DNA from: Macrostomum lignano
Lineage: Eukaryota
Length of the DNA: 25,453 nucleotides
Assembly (NCBI GenBank): GCA_002269645.1
Contig: NIVC01005127.1
Coordinates: forward strand, 1-25,453
Direction of reading: 5' to 3'
Shown: piece after piece, positions 22,356 to 25,453 of the stretch
Numbering within the stretch: the first letter of the stretch is position 1
Layout: every line of letters begins with the position of its first letter
Translations under genes and position numbers: made by a program
Notes under the pieces: model-generated
Database searches by the model: none
What the model was told of the DNA's origin: nothing
Seen by the model: only the letters and a program-made list of their open reading frames with translations

Positions 22356-22994
22356 GTGAGCTGACTCGGTCGAGGTTTACTTTTATGTTTAGCATTGATG
22401 ATGTCATTTTTGCAAATTAATTAGGACGTTGCTCAACACAAATTGAGCTCTCGAATTTCATTTCGAATTTTCTGATAGTTACTAGTTGGTCTCCATAATC
22501 GCTTAGCTGTTATGAATAGGTATATATTGCTACGGGACTATGCAGACTAGAATATTTACTCGCGTTGAAACTTTTCTTAAAGTGCAGCCAAGCCCAGAGA
22601 GGTCTTCTCAAATCCGTATGTAAACCCCCTACATTCGGAGAGCCGAAAGTCAAACACTGAGCTGTCAGGATCTACTTTCCGCTATGGACGAAATGGCATG
22701 GCATCAGAGAATATTTCAGAGATTGTTTGCTTCAGGCTCGAGAAGAGTTGGAGAGTGGTGATCGCCTGGGAAGATTTCCTCTTCAATCCCCTTTTGACAG
22801 GAGAATCCGCTTCCGCTTCTTAATTATAGCCCCTTCTGGACCGCCTCTCGCCCCCCCCCCACTCCGGAAGTCTGTGAGGAGTGGATTTGAGGCGAGCAGA
22901 GCTTGGCGGGCTGCCTCGGCATGGGTCGCACGTGACCTGCCATTTTATACTAATTTATACTTATATTATATTATTATTTTTGATACATTATTCC

Positions 22995-23812
22995 AGGAAT
23001 CTTAATAAACAGTTGGGGAATTTCAATAAATATTTTGGAGGATCTCAATAAACAGTTTAGGGAATCTCAATAAACATTTGTGGAATCTCAGTAAAACATT
23101 TGGAATCTCAGTAAACAGTTTGTGAATCTCAATAAACATTTTGGGGAATCACAATAAATAGTTTGGGGAATCTCAATAAACGGTTTGGGAATCTCAACAG
23201 ACAACTTGGGGAAATCTCAATGAAACAAGTTGGATCTCAATAAAAGATTTGGGAACTCAATAAACAATTTGGGGAATCTCAATAAACAGTTTGGGAATCT
23301 CAATAACAGTTTGGGGAATCTAAACAGTCTGAGGAAGCTCAATAAACAATTTGGATCTCAATAAAACAGTTTGGGAAACTCGCAAACAGTTTGGGAATCT
23401 CAATAAACAGTTTGGGGAATCTCAATAAACAATTTGGGAATCTCAATAAACAGTTTGGGGAATCTCATAAACATTTGGAGATATCTCATAAACAATTTGG
23501 GAACTCAATAAACAGTTTAGGGAATTCTCAATAAACAATTTGGAATCTCAATAAACATTTTGGGGAATCTTAATAAACAATTTGGGGATCTCAATAAACA
23601 GTTTGGGGAATCTCAATAATCAGTTTGGGGAATCTCAATGAGCAATTTGAGGAATCTCAATGAGCTTGAGGAATCTCAATGAGTAATTTGAGGAATCTCA
23701 ACAGACAGTTTGGGGAATCTCAATAAACATTGTAGCGAATCTCAATAGACAGTTTGGGGAATCTCAACAGACAGTTTGGGGAATCTCAACAGACAGTTTG
23801 GGGAATCTCATC
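22995..23812. repeat. ~22-bp minisatellite (ggggaatctcaataaacagttt), kinesin intron 1
   Basis: About 35 indel-rich copies running to within ~13 nt of the acceptor at 23825. Confidence 0.96.
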
Positions 23813-23825
23813 TCAACTCCCTCAG

Positions 23826-24326
23826 ACATCACGAACCCGAAAGCCGGCCCAAAGAGCAGGCGGTCAAGAGCTTCCAGTTCGAGCTACTGGTCGCACCAGC
23901 CCGGCGGCCCAGGATTCGCCAGCCAGCGCCGCGTCTACGAAGACATCGGCGTGGAAACGCTGGAGCACGCGTTCGAAGGCTACAATGTGTGCATCTTCGC
24001 CTACGGGCAGACAGGCGCGGGCAAGAGCTACACGATGATGGGCCGGCCCTCGGAGCCTGAGCAGGCCGGCATCATCCCGCAGCTGTGCGAGAATCTGTTC
24101 TGCCGGCTGGGCCAGCTGACCGAGGCCGGGGCCAGCAGCATCCTTGAAGTGTCCTACATGGAGATCTACTGCGAGCGGTTCGCGACCTGCTCAATCCGAA
24201 GAACAAGGCCAACCTGCGGGTTCGCGAGCACCCGCTGCTGGGGCCCTACGTTGAGGATCTGTCCAAGTGCGCTGTGACCAGCTTTGGCGACATCAACGAT
24301 TTGATTGATGCCGGAAATAAGTCCAG
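23826..24326 (+). CDS. unc-104: Kinesin-3 (KIF1A/unc-104-like) coding exon 2, motor domain with P-loop; lesions near 23849, 23881 and 24178; gene continues off the right edge
   Basis: Acceptor ccctcag|AC. YITNPK...SYWSH...[26 protein letters not shown]...GIIPQLCE...[11 protein letters not shown], then after a -1 correction [49 protein letters not shown]. Donor AG|GTGATT. Confidence 0.93.
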
Positions 24327-24429
24327 GTGATTGAAGGCTGGGATTCTCTTAGTGCTGGGAAATCTGCAAAAAATGAGGAGACTTTTTCTGAAATCGGAAA
24401 TCGATCTTTTACGGGAATTTTTTAATCCA

Positions 24430-25453
24430 AGACCGATATGGGAGAATTTTCCTAGCACTCTTAAAATCGAAAATCGATATTTTAAAGAAATTCTCCTAGC
24501 ACTATGAAAATCGATACCGGAGGGGAATTCTCCTAGCACTATGAAAATCGATATCGGAGGGGAATTCTCCTAGCACTATGAAAATCGATACCGGAGGGGA
24601 ATTCTCCTAGCACTCTGAAAATCGATACCGGAGGGGAATTCTCCTAGCACTATGAAAATCGATACCGGAGGGGAATTCTCCTAGCACTATGAAAATCGAT
24701 ATCGGAGGGGAATTCTCCTAGCACTCTGAAAATCGATACCGGAGGGGAATTCTCCTAGCACTCTGAAAATCGATACCGGAGGGGAATTCTCCTAGCACTA
24801 TGAAAATCGATACCGGAGGGGAATTCTCCTAGCACTATGAAAATTGATACCGGAGGGGAATTCTCCTAGCACTATGAAAATCGATATCGGAGGGAATTCT
24901 CCTAGCACTATGAAAATCGATACCGGAGGGGAATTCTCCTAGCACTATGAAAATCGATGTCGAAAGGGAATTCTCCTAGCACTCTGAAAATCTATGTCGA
25001 AGGGGAATTCTCCTAGCACTCTGAAAATCGATACGGAGGGGAATTCTCCTAGCACTATGAAAATCGATACCGGAAGGGAATTCTCCTAGCACTCTGAAAA
25101 TCGATACCGGAGGGAATTCTCCTAGCACTATGAAAATCGATACCGAGGGGAATTCTCCTAGCACTATGAAAATCGATACCGGAGGGGAATTCTCCTAGCA
25201 CTCTGAAAATCGATGTTGGAGGGGAATTCTCCTAGCACTCTGAAAATCGATGTTGGAGGGGAATTCTCCTAGCACTATGAAAATCGATGTTGGAGGGGAA
25301 TTCTCCTAGCACTCTGAAAATCGATGTTGGAGGGGAATTCTCCTAGCACTATGAAAATCCATGTTGGAGGGGAATTCTCCTAGCATTCTGAAAATCGATG
25401 TTGGAGGGGAATTCTCCTAGCACTATGAAAATCGATGTTGGAGGGGAATTAAG
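24430..25453. repeat. 37-bp minisatellite (ggggaattctcctagcactatgaaaatcgataccgga), kinesin intron 2, running off the right edge
   Basis: ctcctagc at 24493 and 24530 (37-bp period); about 26 copies with no spacers. Confidence 0.97.

Noticed and set aside
23848-23854. C CCA AAG as a programmed -1 frameshift heptamer
   Set aside because: It fits X XXY YYZ, but loss of one C from CCCC gives the same pattern, a second lesion 30 nt later is still needed, and the other frameshift sites have no slippery motif.
24522-24534. GGGAATTCTCC as an NF-kB-like site in each 37-bp unit
   Set aside because: It deviates from GGGRNWYYCC, and short palindromic matches inside a satellite carry no evidence of function.
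24430-25453. 37-bp repeats as a CRISPR array (also the 31-bp and 27-bp arrays)
   Set aside because: Units are head-to-tail with no unique spacers, there are no cas genes, and they sit in or near eukaryotic spliceosomal introns.

Overview
Eukaryotic (metazoan) genomic DNA; no prokaryotic features. It holds four conserved genes: TFIP11 (minus strand, exon 1 only, running off the left edge), DNAJC17 (minus, 2 exons, complete), exportin-7/XPO7 (plus, 6 exons, complete, ~1090 aa) and a kinesin-3 of the KIF1A/unc-104 type (plus, first 2 coding exons, running off the right edge). Each gene needs one to three small deletions corrected to restore its frame, most likely long-read consensus errors. Almost every intron is filled by its own minisatellite. 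GC-rich exons with repeat-filled introns resemble Macrostomum-type flatworm genomes, but the organism is an unverified inference. Between the divergent DNAJC17 and XPO7 genes lies a ~7 kb AT-rich CpG desert with a small CpG-retaining core, 12 copies of TAGGCCTA, and a 5'-truncated RTE-like LINE fragment with 9 stops and no indels, all explicable by C>T at CpG and CpA (RIP-like). Other highlights: orthologues of the spliceosome-disassembly partners Cwc23 and Ntr1 lie in tandem 705 nt apart; XPO7 appears to use two GC-AG introns; an intronic array of GGGGTCA-N1-2-TGACCCC palindromes; about 20 AATAAA signals in kinesin intron 1; three CCAAT boxes inside the DNAJC17 coding sequence. All homology calls come from recalled protein sequences, not database searches.
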